A stretch of DNA of 64,000 bases from Amphiscolops sp. MND2022 (Eukaryota). The notes under the pieces were generated by a model that did no database searches, was not told the origin of the DNA, and saw nothing but the letters and a program-made list of their open reading frames with translations. Each line of letters opens with the position of its first letter. Within the stretch, counting starts at the first letter, position 1. Location of the stretch: the NCBI GenBank assembly GCA_964187785.1, contig OZ076417.1, positions 24,800,001 through 24,864,000 on the forward strand, given 5' to 3'. A program made the translations under genes and the position numbers. Below, one piece after another: positions 1 through 11,380 of this stretch.

Positions 1-642
1 TCTGGTCGTTCACCTAGGTTGTGGTTTCATCTAAAAAATTTAGCACTCTGCCTGGGAGGTTGACTCAAACACAAGTTTAGTAAAATACATGAATAACACT
101 TCAACTATTATCATTTAGTATTCATTGAACATCCTTTGGTATTTGGCTTCTTTTAAGCCGAGAAAATTTCAATTATATCAAGCATCGGATAACTGCATCA
201 GTTAGTTTAGGCAGTGCGACTGAGCGTGCATCCCAGTCTCAGTCGACTGGTATGCTGCCTGGGACGCTGACTTAAATTTACTATTTGCATCAACTGCGCT
301 CGATTCTGATTGGTCAATACAGTACAATACTATTCAAACTTACTGCTGCCGCTGAGGCAAGTCCCCAGTCAACGCACTGATCGAATTAATTTCGGTCGGC
401 GTACTGGTTGATTGACTGAGTAAATATTATTATATAATTATTTACATATTTATGTATTTCAGGTACAGCATGGTAGTATTAAAAGTACGTTTACATGTTA
501 GTTAAATAATATTAGTTGTTTGTTGGTTTTCCTTTTTGGTTTATTATGGTTTTTTCGGCCTATTCTTGGTCGATTTCTTTGCTTCCCTCCTCAGGCGTTC
601 CTCTTATTGTTTGTATTCCGTGACCCCTCTGGGTTCGCGACA
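1..642 (-). repeat. 3' LTR of element 1 (partial)
   Basis: Direct repeat of 13689-14343 with scattered substitutions and a ~13-bp indel; PPT adjacent. Confidence 0.95.
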
Positions 643-1186
643 GTCCCCGGCTTTCTTGAGGGACATCCAGTATGGGAGGAAGTGGAGAAATCGGTCTGAA
701 CGGCGATGAAATCGGCGGTTGGAAAACGGATTGTACTAGAGAGTCATATGAGAACCAAGACGAGTCAGTCGTCCAGTCGCTTCCCGAAAAATATCCAATT
801 GAGCTAGAGGCATTTGAAATGGGGCTTACTGTGTCATTATTAGGGGCGTATAGCCAGCTGTTCATTTCGTGGTAATTTCGGGGTGGACTGAAATCTATGC
901 CGTCTTGTATCACAGGATTGTCCCTGGTAAATCGTCGAATGGTGGATCCGTCTTCGGTTGCCGTAGATAGGATAGTTACTGGCGCTGTATCGTAATGTAA
1001 GACCAGATGTTCTTGTTCTGTCTTTATAATCTCGTATAGATCATGTATTTCGGCTGAGGGGGAGCCGTTCTGCGGAGATTGGTTGATTGTGGGGGTAGAG
1101 TGGGCTTGGCGGAAATTCAAATATTCGTCTTGGTCGCGATCCAAGATAAAACAATCGCTGGATAAATCAAAGTCCGGTGTCTGCAT
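560..1186 (-). CDS. Extra 208-aa sense ORF of element 1, crossing the PPT into the 3' LTR; function unknown
   Basis: Intact ATG-initiated ORF, Ser/Pro/Asp-rich; stop lies ~80 nt inside the LTR; no signal peptide or TM segment. Confidence 0.6.
   Translation of the reverse strand: MQTPDFDLSSDCFILDRDQDEYLNFRQAHSTPTINQSPQNGSPSAEIHDLYEIIKTEQEHLVLHYDTAPVTILSTATEDGSTIRRFTRDNPVIQDGIDFSPPRNYHEMNSWLYAPNNDTVSPISNASSSIGYFSGSDWTTDSSWFSYDSLVQSVFQPPISSPFRPISPLPPILDVPQESRGLSRTQRGHGIQTIRGTPEEGSKEIDQE
643..658 (-). other. Polypurine tract of element 1
   Basis: Minus strand reads ...AAGAAAGCCGGGGAC directly before the TGT of the 3' LTR. Confidence 0.75.
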
Positions 1187-1517
1187 TATTTCTTCTTAAT
1201 TGTAATTGCGTGAATAATAGTAATTATTGTGAAAAAATGTGTTGCTGGCGGTTTGAAAGTTAGCTAGAGAATAAAGGTAATTGAGTGAACAAGAAGCAAC
1301 TGCGTTGGGAATAGTTGAAACGGTTAACTGATAATTCCTTTACTCGTATTTTGTTCATGCCGCTTGCGTGATTGGGAAAGTTTTCAGCTGGCAGACTGAA
1401 TGACTTCCATTACGTCATAATAATAATACTGCATATTAATAGTTTCGTTGGTTTTACGCTACGTCTTCTGTTGATTTATGTTGGTAGTTATTTTTTAGAT
1501 TGCTTTGAACAGATAAA

Positions 1518-4500
1518 ATGGCAGATTCTACTGATGAGGATGTTGTCCGTTTTGCTAAGTCGCAGCAGATTGGAATTCTGGAAAGTGAGGGCGAGTCACT
1601 GGGAGGGAGACAAGTCGATGTAGGAGGTGTGAGTGTGGGAGCTGAGGCGAGTCTCACTGTTGATGTCCCCTGTGCAACTGAACAGAGTGCTGTGAGTAGG
1701 GCAGTTGATGCGATATGTTCTGGTGTAGAGCTGCCCCCTGACGATCATCTAGTCATTGTAGAAGAGAGGAGCGAAGTTCAGCTGGAAGGTGAATTGGGTG
1801 ATGTGGCCACTGCTAGCTGTATTGTGACGTCGACTGCTGATGATCCTGGTTCTCGCAAAGTTGCTGGTTTCGGCGAGATTGATGCAGACGACAGTTCTGG
1901 TGATGGAAGCGAGAGGAATTCTGGTGTTGTTTCTCCTGAAGACGGTTCAGCCTGTGATGACGACGATGCTGGTTCTGTGCATTCTTCCGGCAGTGATGCT
2001 CGCCATGAACTGGATTATCTACTAGAATAATCAGGTGGGTTGCTTAGCTATTTGTTAATGGCCAGTTAACAGTTTTGATGCTAGTATGCAGACGCGTCAT
2101 TTCATCTACCTCTGTTTCCTTAGGGCTCTCTGATGATCCAAGTGATAAGGATTTCACCCCTTCTTCGGCTGCTGGCAATGTCGGTTCACGTCGCAGTAAA
2201 CGTCTGCTCTCAGCTGTTCCGGGTGGTTCAACAAAGCGGGTGCGCACTGCTGTGTTGAGTTCTGATGACAGTCCTGGGCTTGGTTTATCTGGCTTCCTTG
2301 GTGGAGACGGTGAAGGTAGGTAATTCATACATTGTTTTCGTTGTTGTAATCCAGAACCTTTGGAGTTACTGTATGTTGTTTTCAGCTCAGACTCCTCCTC
2401 CTCATGAGGGAGACGTATTCAGTGGCATGGGTGATTTGCCCGGCGGGTCGTCTGATGCCTCCTCATTTCAACTGGCAGGTGTGACGGCCAGTGGTTCCAA
2501 GTCGAGACATGATCGTACTCAACATGGTCGCCCTGCTGAAGGATTGGAGAAGTCTGTTCTACATAACGAATGGGCGAAAGGTAGCGTTGCACTTTATTAG
2601 GTTGCATTGTTGTCGTCGTGTTTCTGATATCTTCATGAGTAGTAGGGTTTTCATGGCCAGTCGTTTTTACTGTCTTGTGTTGTTTAGCTGGCCTGAGGGA
2701 GGTGCTTACTGGGGCTGTGTGTCTGTCTTCGAGCCAGATTCTAGCCTATGGTCAAGCAGCTGTGCGACTGGAACGAACTCATGCGCGGGTGGAAGAAAGG
2801 TCACTTTCACGTCGTAAGTGTAGTTTTCGCTTTTCTCCCTCTTTTCCTCTTCGTCCTCAGTTCGGTTGGGTTGTGTGTAGTTCGATTATGTCTGATGATT
2901 TGGGTGGGGGACACGTGTGTTGATATATATATTCGTCTATCGGTTAGGTAAAGTTAGGGTTGTCATGTAGTTGTGTGGTTTAGGTATGGAAGACGTTGTG
3001 CGGCTGCTGAAGTTGAAAGGCATTCAGTTACCAGGACGTGGAAGTCAACTGGATGAAGAGGAAAAAACAAAGCGCAAACTGTTTGCAAAATATGAGCGTA
3101 GACGAAAAAGACAAACAGAGCGGCACGTGTTGCGCAATGAAATGGCTGTTCATGCTATTCCTCAACTGTTCGTGAGTCAGAGGTCAGACAAGAACCCGAA
3201 TGGCTTCAATTGTGCCATTTGTCAGAAGGACATCAGTTTCCTGAGTCGAGGCGCTCCTGAGATTTGGCGTCATTTCAGCCGAAAAAGCCATTATTTAAAA
3301 GGATCGACGGTATCGACTGGATCATGAGGATGTGTTTTACACCCCTCAATGTGATGCCGTGGAAGTGGCTACCATTTCGGCAGAATTGCGGGCCGAGATT
3401 GAGGAAACTCCCCCTGTCACACTGGGGAAGAAGAACCCTTTCAAAGAGGACGAAGTGGATGCTCTGGTCGGTGTTGTATCTAATGTGCCATCTGCAACAT
3501 TGGTGGGGGGGGGGGGGGCTGTTTGAGCTCCTCCGTAGTGGTGGTTCCCATAGCTTCCTCCGGCGTTTTGGAACAGTTCCGTGCCACCATCCCTGTCGAG
3601 TCGACCTATGCGCAGGCCACGTGGAGTAAAACTGAATCTCTTGTTATCGTTAGTCAAACTCTGTATCCTCGTATTCTTCGTCGAGTGCAGTCCTGGTGTA
3701 AAGATTCAGCATTCAGCATGATATTTCGTGAGGAGGGCAATGAAGCCAATTGTATTGTTCGCTGTCAATCTGGTGAGCGTGTTCGAGAGGTGTGTCTCCT
3801 GTGGGAGCCTTACAGTGCTGGCATTTGTGATGCGGAAATCCGTTGTTTGTCGCGGGTCTTATCCATCTTGGCTGAGGGGCAGTCTCCCGTTGCTTTGCTC
3901 GGCTGTTCGTCTACATTATTTAATGTGTTCAGCGAGTGGTGCCGCTCACATGGTCGGTCAGTGCCCCTGTCTTTGCTGGAGTACTCATCGTCGGTCTTCA
4001 AGGATCATGTTCGGGAGGCAGGCATAGTCGGTGCTCACTGCTTGGATCCTTTCGCAGTTCTGGAGTTCTTGCTGTTGCGCTTTGACAAGGCCATACATCA
4101 ACCCTGGTTGTTGGGGCTTGTAGAGTTTCGTCAGTGTGTCCAACGTCGCGAAATTCCTTTTACTGCTTCGGGTGCTGTCCTAGAAGAGCTCGTAGAGCAT
4201 TGGGAAGACGTCAGACTTTTCTTCAAGGAAAGTGGAAGTACTCCTACTCCCCGTGGAAAGACTCCTGTCGACTTGGGTCAGGTGATTGTGTCGGACACCT
4301 ACATTTTGCCCCGTTTGAGCCTGTTGCACGTGTTGGTGTTTTGTTTCCAGTCGAATTTTGAGGCACAGTCTGACAAATCCATTACTGATTATAGTTGTCG
4401 GAATTATGCTGAATTCTGTTTCTTCTACTGGAGCCTTCTGGGGAAGGTGAAGAAGTTGTCTGATCTTCCTGCTATTGAAGAGTGGAGTGAGTACATTGGT

Positions 4501-5583
4501 CGGCCGTTGTCGACGTGGACCAATCTGTCTTACATTGATTGCCTGAGGAGTGAGCTGATAGTCGTCAAGGCGTTGGGTGTCTGCAGTGATGCTGTCAAGC
4601 GGCGTTTTCTGCGAGAATGTCATGGCTTTCTGATGGAATTCCTGAAAGTTCTCAATGCATCTGCGTACGCAACGTCTAGGTTGTCCTCCAGCCTCAGTTG
4701 TTTTTCGCCCGACATGCTGCTTATGGGAGAAGAGGCGTATACTGTCTCCCTGTTCCGCGATCTGGTATCTTGTTTGCAAACGTGTGGGCGATTGTCTGCT
4801 GTAGAGGCGGAAGGTGCTGCTAACGAGTTCAAGTCCCTGTTGGTTGACTTACGACGGCGCAACCGGCAAGTGATCTCGACCATCAAGGACGGTTTCTGTT
4901 TTCTGTGGCAGAGTGGTTTGCTGGAGTGTCGTCTGCATTTATCTAGAGTGGTCGTGTTGGCATCAGTTGGAGTTGTGCCCCGTGCAATTCAGTATCCGGC
5001 GGTGGAGATTTCACTCAGTGGGACTGCCATTCCTGAGAAGGTGCTGTTATCTTCAGTCCGGGCAGTGCAGTCGTACATCTCTGACAACGGTTTCGTTTCG
5101 TGAGAACTGCTGACAAAGGACTGTCTTGACGAGTTGAAGGCTAATCTTCCGTCTGGGCACGTGTTCATGTCTGATGCTACCTTTGCTCCCTGGCGTTCCT
5201 TGTATGTGAATACCCGGCAGGACTTGTATCGGGACCTCCGTGACAGCTTCAATGGTTATTACATGGGGCAAGTTGCAGATTGGCGTCGACGTGCTGGGCT
5301 GTGTGTGTTCTCTGTTACTTCCCCTACTAGTAAATCGCCCACTGCCAGAGACGTTGAGATAGGATCTGGGGCTGTGTCTTCTGTCCGCCAAGTTGTTGAT
5401 GTTGATGCTCCTGTTGTGAATGTTACTGTTAAGTCTTCAAAGGATGCTGCGTCGGTTAGTGGATCCAGTGATGTGGCCCAAAGGCTGAAGGAGAAGAAGG
5501 AAAGTCAACAAGGCACTTCTCGTTCGCGTAGCTCGAGTAAGGGGAAGTCCGGGAAGTCCCACAAGCGTGTGTCTCTGGGTTGA
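1518..5583 (+). pseudogene. Spliced antisense cargo gene of element 1: acidic N-terminus, C2H2 (BED-like) finger, hAT-transposase-like core; ~1200 aa reconstructed
   Basis: Exons 1518-2034, 2085-2315, 2386-2580, 2688-2813, 2984-5583 joined by four GT-AG introns (50, 70, 107, 170 bp), all phase 1 and frame-preserving. Lesions: TAA 2028, frameshifts near 3300, G14 tract 3505-3518 and ~3565, TGA 5101. Confidence 0.8.
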
Positions 5584-6003
5584 TGGCACAGGGGTTGATG
5601 ATAGCCTCCATTGGCGATAGTTATTTGTAGACTTTAGTTTAGTCTCTGTCCTTGTTGTGCACGAATTGTAAATTTGTAGTCAATTTCCATTATATGATCT
5701 GATGTATTTCGATTTGTATTCTTGATCCCACTGGGTTTGTTGATATTTATGTTGGAACTTCAGCCAGATAAAAAAAATACATTTGAAATCCAGAGAAAGA
5801 AAGTAGTTGCTCTTTTGAGAGTGCTGGCTGTTTTGAGTTTTTGAAAAAGAAAAGAGCGTAAATCCGACAAAATGGGGCGACATCAATATATTCTTTGCTC
5901 CAAAACTTGGTTTTCTTGTAAGTCTGTAGTTGAGTTGAGTTAGTTTTAGTTAATCCGTCAAGTAGTTAGTAAGTGTACCATTTCACAAATTCATGTTAGG
6001 AGT

Positions 6004-9000
6004 TTATTCGTTTGTGTCAACGACTACAGAGTCGTAATAAGCAAAATCACTTTTCCAATTTGAAGAGGGGTTGCTGCGTAGGTTGTATTTTCCTTTCCGG
6101 GGAGAACTGGGTTCTGGGTTGGGGTCGGTTCTGGGTGCGATTTCCGGCTGGTCTAGCTGGCTTTCGAGAGGGGGGTCTGGGTCGACGTCTTGGGCGGCAG
6201 TTTCTGGGTTGTCTTCCCTGTCAGCTGGTATAATCTCCGGTTCGTTAATTGTTTTGTGTTCGGGTGACATCACGAAGTGTTCAAACCCAGACTGCCATGC
6301 TAGGGCGCATAAATCATCATGTAAAATCCCGACTTCATTGTCTGGTTGGAAGTCTTTAGATTGGACCTGAATGTCCGGCAGGCGTTCTTTAGTAGGGCAC
6401 GGTTTCAGACGTATCCGGTGTAGGATTTGTGTTTTGTTGGTTTGTAATTTACGGATCAGGTAGTTATTGTTGAGACGGGTTTTGACTACTACAAATGGTC
6501 CTGTCCATAAGTATTCCCGAAAGGGTAATTTTGATCCCTGTGTGTTTGCCTGAGGGTGTAGGGCATAACAGTAATCATTCGTTGTTAAGGGGTGGGCAGA
6601 AGCTTTTTTTATCGTAAAACTGTTTGTACCTTATGTAGGAGTGGAGAAGGTGTTTACTCACTGATTCGTGTATCATCCGAGTTTTTTGGACGACTTCTTC
6701 GCCTACGTCCGTTGTCGGGTTCCTGTTTTGGTTTGGTTTGAGACCAAATTTGAGGTCCAGAACATTGTATGGTATTCTACCATGGAACACTCGACTGGGT
6801 TCGCACCCTATTGCTGAATGGTAGGTTGTGTTATAATTGAGGGTGACTGCAGGTACGAATTGGTGCCACATTGTTCTCCTTTCTCCTGTTGAGATCTTCA
6901 GAGCTTCTTTCAGGGATGCGTGGCAACGTTCCAGGATGCCTAATGTTTGGGCATGCTTTGTTGTGGCGTGCCGTAGTTGGATGCCCAGCACTCGTGTGGT
7001 GTCGGCCACTACTTTTGACATGAATTGGGTTCCTTTGTCAGTTAATATTGTTGTGGGTAGGTAGGCGTGTCGTGTCATGATGTCTACCAGTACTCTTGCA
7101 ACTGTCTTTGCATCTATTCTGGTGACGCAGTATGTGAATAGGTAGCGTGAAAATATGTCCATGGCGGTGACTATTGCTGTAAATCCGTTGGATGGTTCAT
7201 CGAATGGGAGGATATCCATTTGTAAGGCATCTTCTGGTCCCATTGCCAGTTTTGATGTATTAATCATTGGCGGGGTGAGGAGGCGATTGTCTGTTCGTTT
7301 TGTTTGCATGCATTTCATGCATTGGATGATGTGTTTAGCTATTTTCGCCGCGAGATTTGGGTAGTAGTATTTTTCTCTGCACTGTTGTATTACTTTAGTT
7401 ATTCCAGGATGTCTGTCGTGCATTCCATGGTGGGCTTCGATGAACGAGTCAACGAGTTGTTCTGGGAGTAAGACCTGTAGGAATTTGACTGCGCCGGTCT
7501 CTCCGAAGTACTGCCGGTATAGCAGTCCGTCCTTGAGTATGATTCGGGATTCTTGCGCGGTGTAGTGGATTGCCCTGTGGTCTGTGGCCATTAGGTGTTC
7601 GTCGTATGGTTCTTTGAGGAGACGTAGTTTATAATTTCGGAGGACCTTGTCTTGGTCCTGCTGGTGTCGCATATCGCGAGGGAGGGTTCTTTCCTTCTCT
7701 TTTGGATTTTCAGTACGTCTTGATATTTTCGTTTGAAATACGCTAGTGGTTTCTTCTGGTTGGGTTGTGGCGTCGTTTGTTTCTTCTCCTGGCGTTTGTG
7801 GGGTGTCGTTCTCCAAGATCTTTTTACGGGCTCTTTGTTTCCTCTCCCAAATCTGCTCTTCCGTTTCGATGTCGTCATCGGGTAGGAAGTAGAGTTGCTC
7901 TTCTTCAGCTACGTTGGAAGATTGAATGTGCACTTCTATTGGTGCGGTTTGAATGTCGTCTCTTATCAAGAGTTGGACTTTCTCTTTTGGATCCAGGTCA
8001 AGTCGTGAGAGGAAGTCTGCGGCAGTGTTCATCCTTCCTGGGACGTGGGCGATTGTAAAATTAAACTGTAGGACGAAATCGCAGGCGTTCCACAAAGCTG
8101 GCGGTATTATTTTGGTCTGGAAAAATCGTGTAACAGATTTGTTGTCTGTTAGGACGATGACTGGTTTGGTCGATCCCAACAAGATGTGGCTGTGTTCCAT
8201 GAAGGCAAAATATATAGCCAGGAATTCTTTGGCATATATCAACATTTTGATTTGTGACGGAGAGAATGTTTTAGATCCAAACGCGACTGGGGCATATGTC
8301 TTTTTGACCGAGGTCAGTATTTCATCAGCGTTTTCTTCGATCAATAAGGCGTAGCCGGCATTCTTGAAGTTCGCGTCGGTCATGAGGACGTATTGCTTGT
8401 TTGGTAGATGTTGTTTCAGCCATAGTCCGCAAGCATTGTCAAGTGCCTTGTTAATGTGTTCAAATGTCGCGATCATTTCGTGTGTTATTTTGATTGGCTT
8501 GTCCGTTTTGACCAATTCGTGAAAGGGTGCTATTTTTTCGGAGAGGCGAGGTATGCAGTTCCGATAATAGTTAACGAAACCAATGTACCTTTGTAGGCCC
8601 TTTTTGGTCTTTGGGAACGACAGTTTTTGGAGGTAATTTTTGATCTTGTGGGACTGTGGGGCGATGCCTTCGGGTGATACTGTTCGTCCAAGGAATTCAA
8701 CTTCCTTGGCACCGAACTGGCATTTGGCCATTGTCAGACGCAGACCTGCTTCTCTGATGCACTGAAAGACCTCGCGCAGGTTGTTCTTCAGCTCCTCGGC
8801 CGTGTGGGTGGCTATCCCGATGTCGTCGACGTACTGGGCACATTTGTCGGCTTTAATGACTCGATCGAGATATTCCCGCATAAAGCTCGAAAAGGAAGAG
8901 AGGGATCTGCTAAGCCTTTGTGCGAGTCGCAGGTAGGCGAATGTCCGGCTGGCAAAGTTGAACGCCAGGAGTTCCACTGATTTCTGGTCCGCCATTTGCA

Positions 9001-11380
9001 GGACATGGTAAGCTTGAGAGCAGTCAAGCTTGCAGAACAGTTTCTTTCCGGCTAAGTGCTGCGCAGCGTCGGAGAGGGTGCTTACTGGATGGTTGTTGTT
9101 TATATAGTCGTCCGATATAAGGTTGTTGATCTTTCTTAGGTCAACGAGGAGGCGAAGACGTCCGTTAGGTTTTCTTTGCGCGAAGATTGGGCTTGCGTAC
9201 TTGCTGAAGGGAAGTGTTGTAATGATGCCGTAGTAGTGCATCAGTGCTAGCTCAACTGTCAAATCCTCCTTCAGATTGACTGGGCATGGTAAGCTTTGTG
9301 TGTACGCAGGTTGTTCTGATTTGGGGGTGAGTTTTATTTTGAAATCATTGTTGATTCCAATGTCAAGGCGGTGCCTTGCAAAGATGTCGTTGTATTCGAC
9401 GAGGATTTCTTCGATGTCTTTCTTATCTTCGTCGCTAAGTTGTGAGTCGGTCAATTTGAAGTTGGCTAAGAAGGCGGCTCGATCTTCGGGGCTGTTGTGT
9501 GGGTTTAGTTTCTGGATGCTTTCCAGTTCTTCTATCTCTCTGAGGATTCGGCTCTGGATGGGAGTGTGTGTCGATGGGTCTCCCGGGTTGTCTGGCGTGG
9601 GGAACCAGAAGTTTTGAATTGTTTGGGGTTTTTCGGATGATTTCAAGAGTTCGTTGACATACTCGAAAGCCTGTTCTGTGTTGTCTTCTGCTAGTACCTT
9701 GAGAGCTGCGGAGTTGAGAGGATGGAGTTGTTTGGCTTCTTGGGTTGACAGTATGGTGAATTCCGCGACGTTTGCATTCTTTTTGAGGTTGAAAGGATTT
9801 GGCGATGTATTGGTGACCCGTATTTCGATTTTTGAGTTTGAGACCGTAGATAGGGAGCTGGCCACTACTAGTTGGTGTTCCCCAGAGTACTGCTCGGTTG
9901 GGTGGATGATTCCTGTAGTGTTTGTTATAGTGCGGAGGTTAATGCCGGCTTCGATTGTTATGCACTGGTCGGGCATGATAGTAAGTTGGTTTTTGATGGT
10001 CACTTTATGGTGACGTGAGACTGTCTCGTTGTCATCGGCAGCGATTGCGTAGGTCAGGTGTGGGAAATGCAGCAGGGCCTGGCTTACGTCTAAGATGGCG
10101 CTGTTGTTTTTGAGGAATGTTAGCCCAAGGATAGGACCTGTCATCTTTGTAGCTACAATAAACGTCTCTTTGAACGTCCAATCTCCTAATTCAAATTGGA
10201 ATTGGACGGTTTTCGTCGGTGTTTCTATGTCGCCGTTTGCGACTTGTAGTTTGAAGGCAGGTGGGTCCATTTCTTTGGATATGTTGTCTGGGCTGACTGA
10301 TTTAATCTTCTGGAGTTCGCTTTCCGGTAGACAGTTGACAAGTGCTCCCGAGTCAACGAGTGCGTCTACGGATAAATTGTTGAAGTCCATTGGGGCGAAA
10401 AGCATCTTTCGCTTCTTTTTTAGGTGAATGGCAGAGAATATTGGTATGCACTTTTCGCTCGTTTCTGGATCTGTGATTGCGATTTCGTTAAGTAGTTTGT
10501 TGGTGTGTATCCAATCCTCATCTTGTTCTGTTTTGTGTGGCTCGTTGGTGGGGGTTTGGGTTTCACTGGGTGAGTTGTGTGTTGTAGGATTGGGTTTCTC
10601 TGTTGGATTGAACTCACTGGTTAGTCTTCGTTTAACGCAGCGGGTCCGGGGATTTGTTGCAGGTTCATTTGCCTGTATGAGGTCCCCGGCTTTTTTGTTG
10701 TTTCCCAGGGATTCATGGGTGGAATATCGGTGTTCGGGGCTCTCTGGGCTAGAGGGAGACAACTTCATAGCTGCCCGGATTTCGTTGGAGGTGGCTGGGA
10801 GTTTCTTGGGTGACTGTTGTACAGTCAGTGGCGATGCGTTGTTGTGTCTGAGTATCGATTTGAGGGGTGTTGTCGGTGGTGACACAATCACTGTGATTTC
10901 CTTGTCGTGCTCTTCTTCAGCCTGTGGTTCGGGAGTATGGTTTGTGTCGTCTTTCCTTTTTGGAGCTGTTGAGATGTCCATGTTGGTTCTGGCTATGAAT
11001 TCGTGAAACGGTACGTTGATAGATAGTCTGAAGACAAGATTTTCTGTGTCGTAAAGAGTTTCGTTGTAGTACGGGTCGCATTGGAAGTCGGGGTCATAAA
11101 TGTAAGTTTCGGGTGTGGAGCTGGGAAGTAGTGGTCTGCGGGTGGAGTTGTAGTGGGTAGGGTTTTGGGTGTACCAGTCAGGGTAGGGGAGTTTGTCGAG
11201 GGTATTTTTATTGAATTTAATGAGACGTCGGATGAGCCATCGTCGCTGCCAGTCGACTGATGGTTCTCCAGAGCATTCCATAAACAATTCTTTATCAAAG
11301 TACTTCGGGGGTTCAGAGATGGTGTAGTATCTGAAACCGGTGTAGTCCCCGAAGCGAAGACCTGGCTTTAATAGTTTTTT
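6004..11380 (-). CDS. pol: Pol polyprotein (protease, RT, RNase H, integrase); frameshift near 6605
   Basis: Protease LVDSGA, RT QYVDDI, RNase H LMTDA, integrase HH-CC plus D(QMDI)-D(TDKG)-E(LERC); after the slip the frame continues through WTGPF into ORF 6004-6273. Confidence 0.97.

Noticed and set aside
560-5583. env gene in the 3' region of element 1
   Set aside because: No signal peptide, furin site plus fusion peptide or TM anchor; the large ORF is antisense, spliced and hAT-like.
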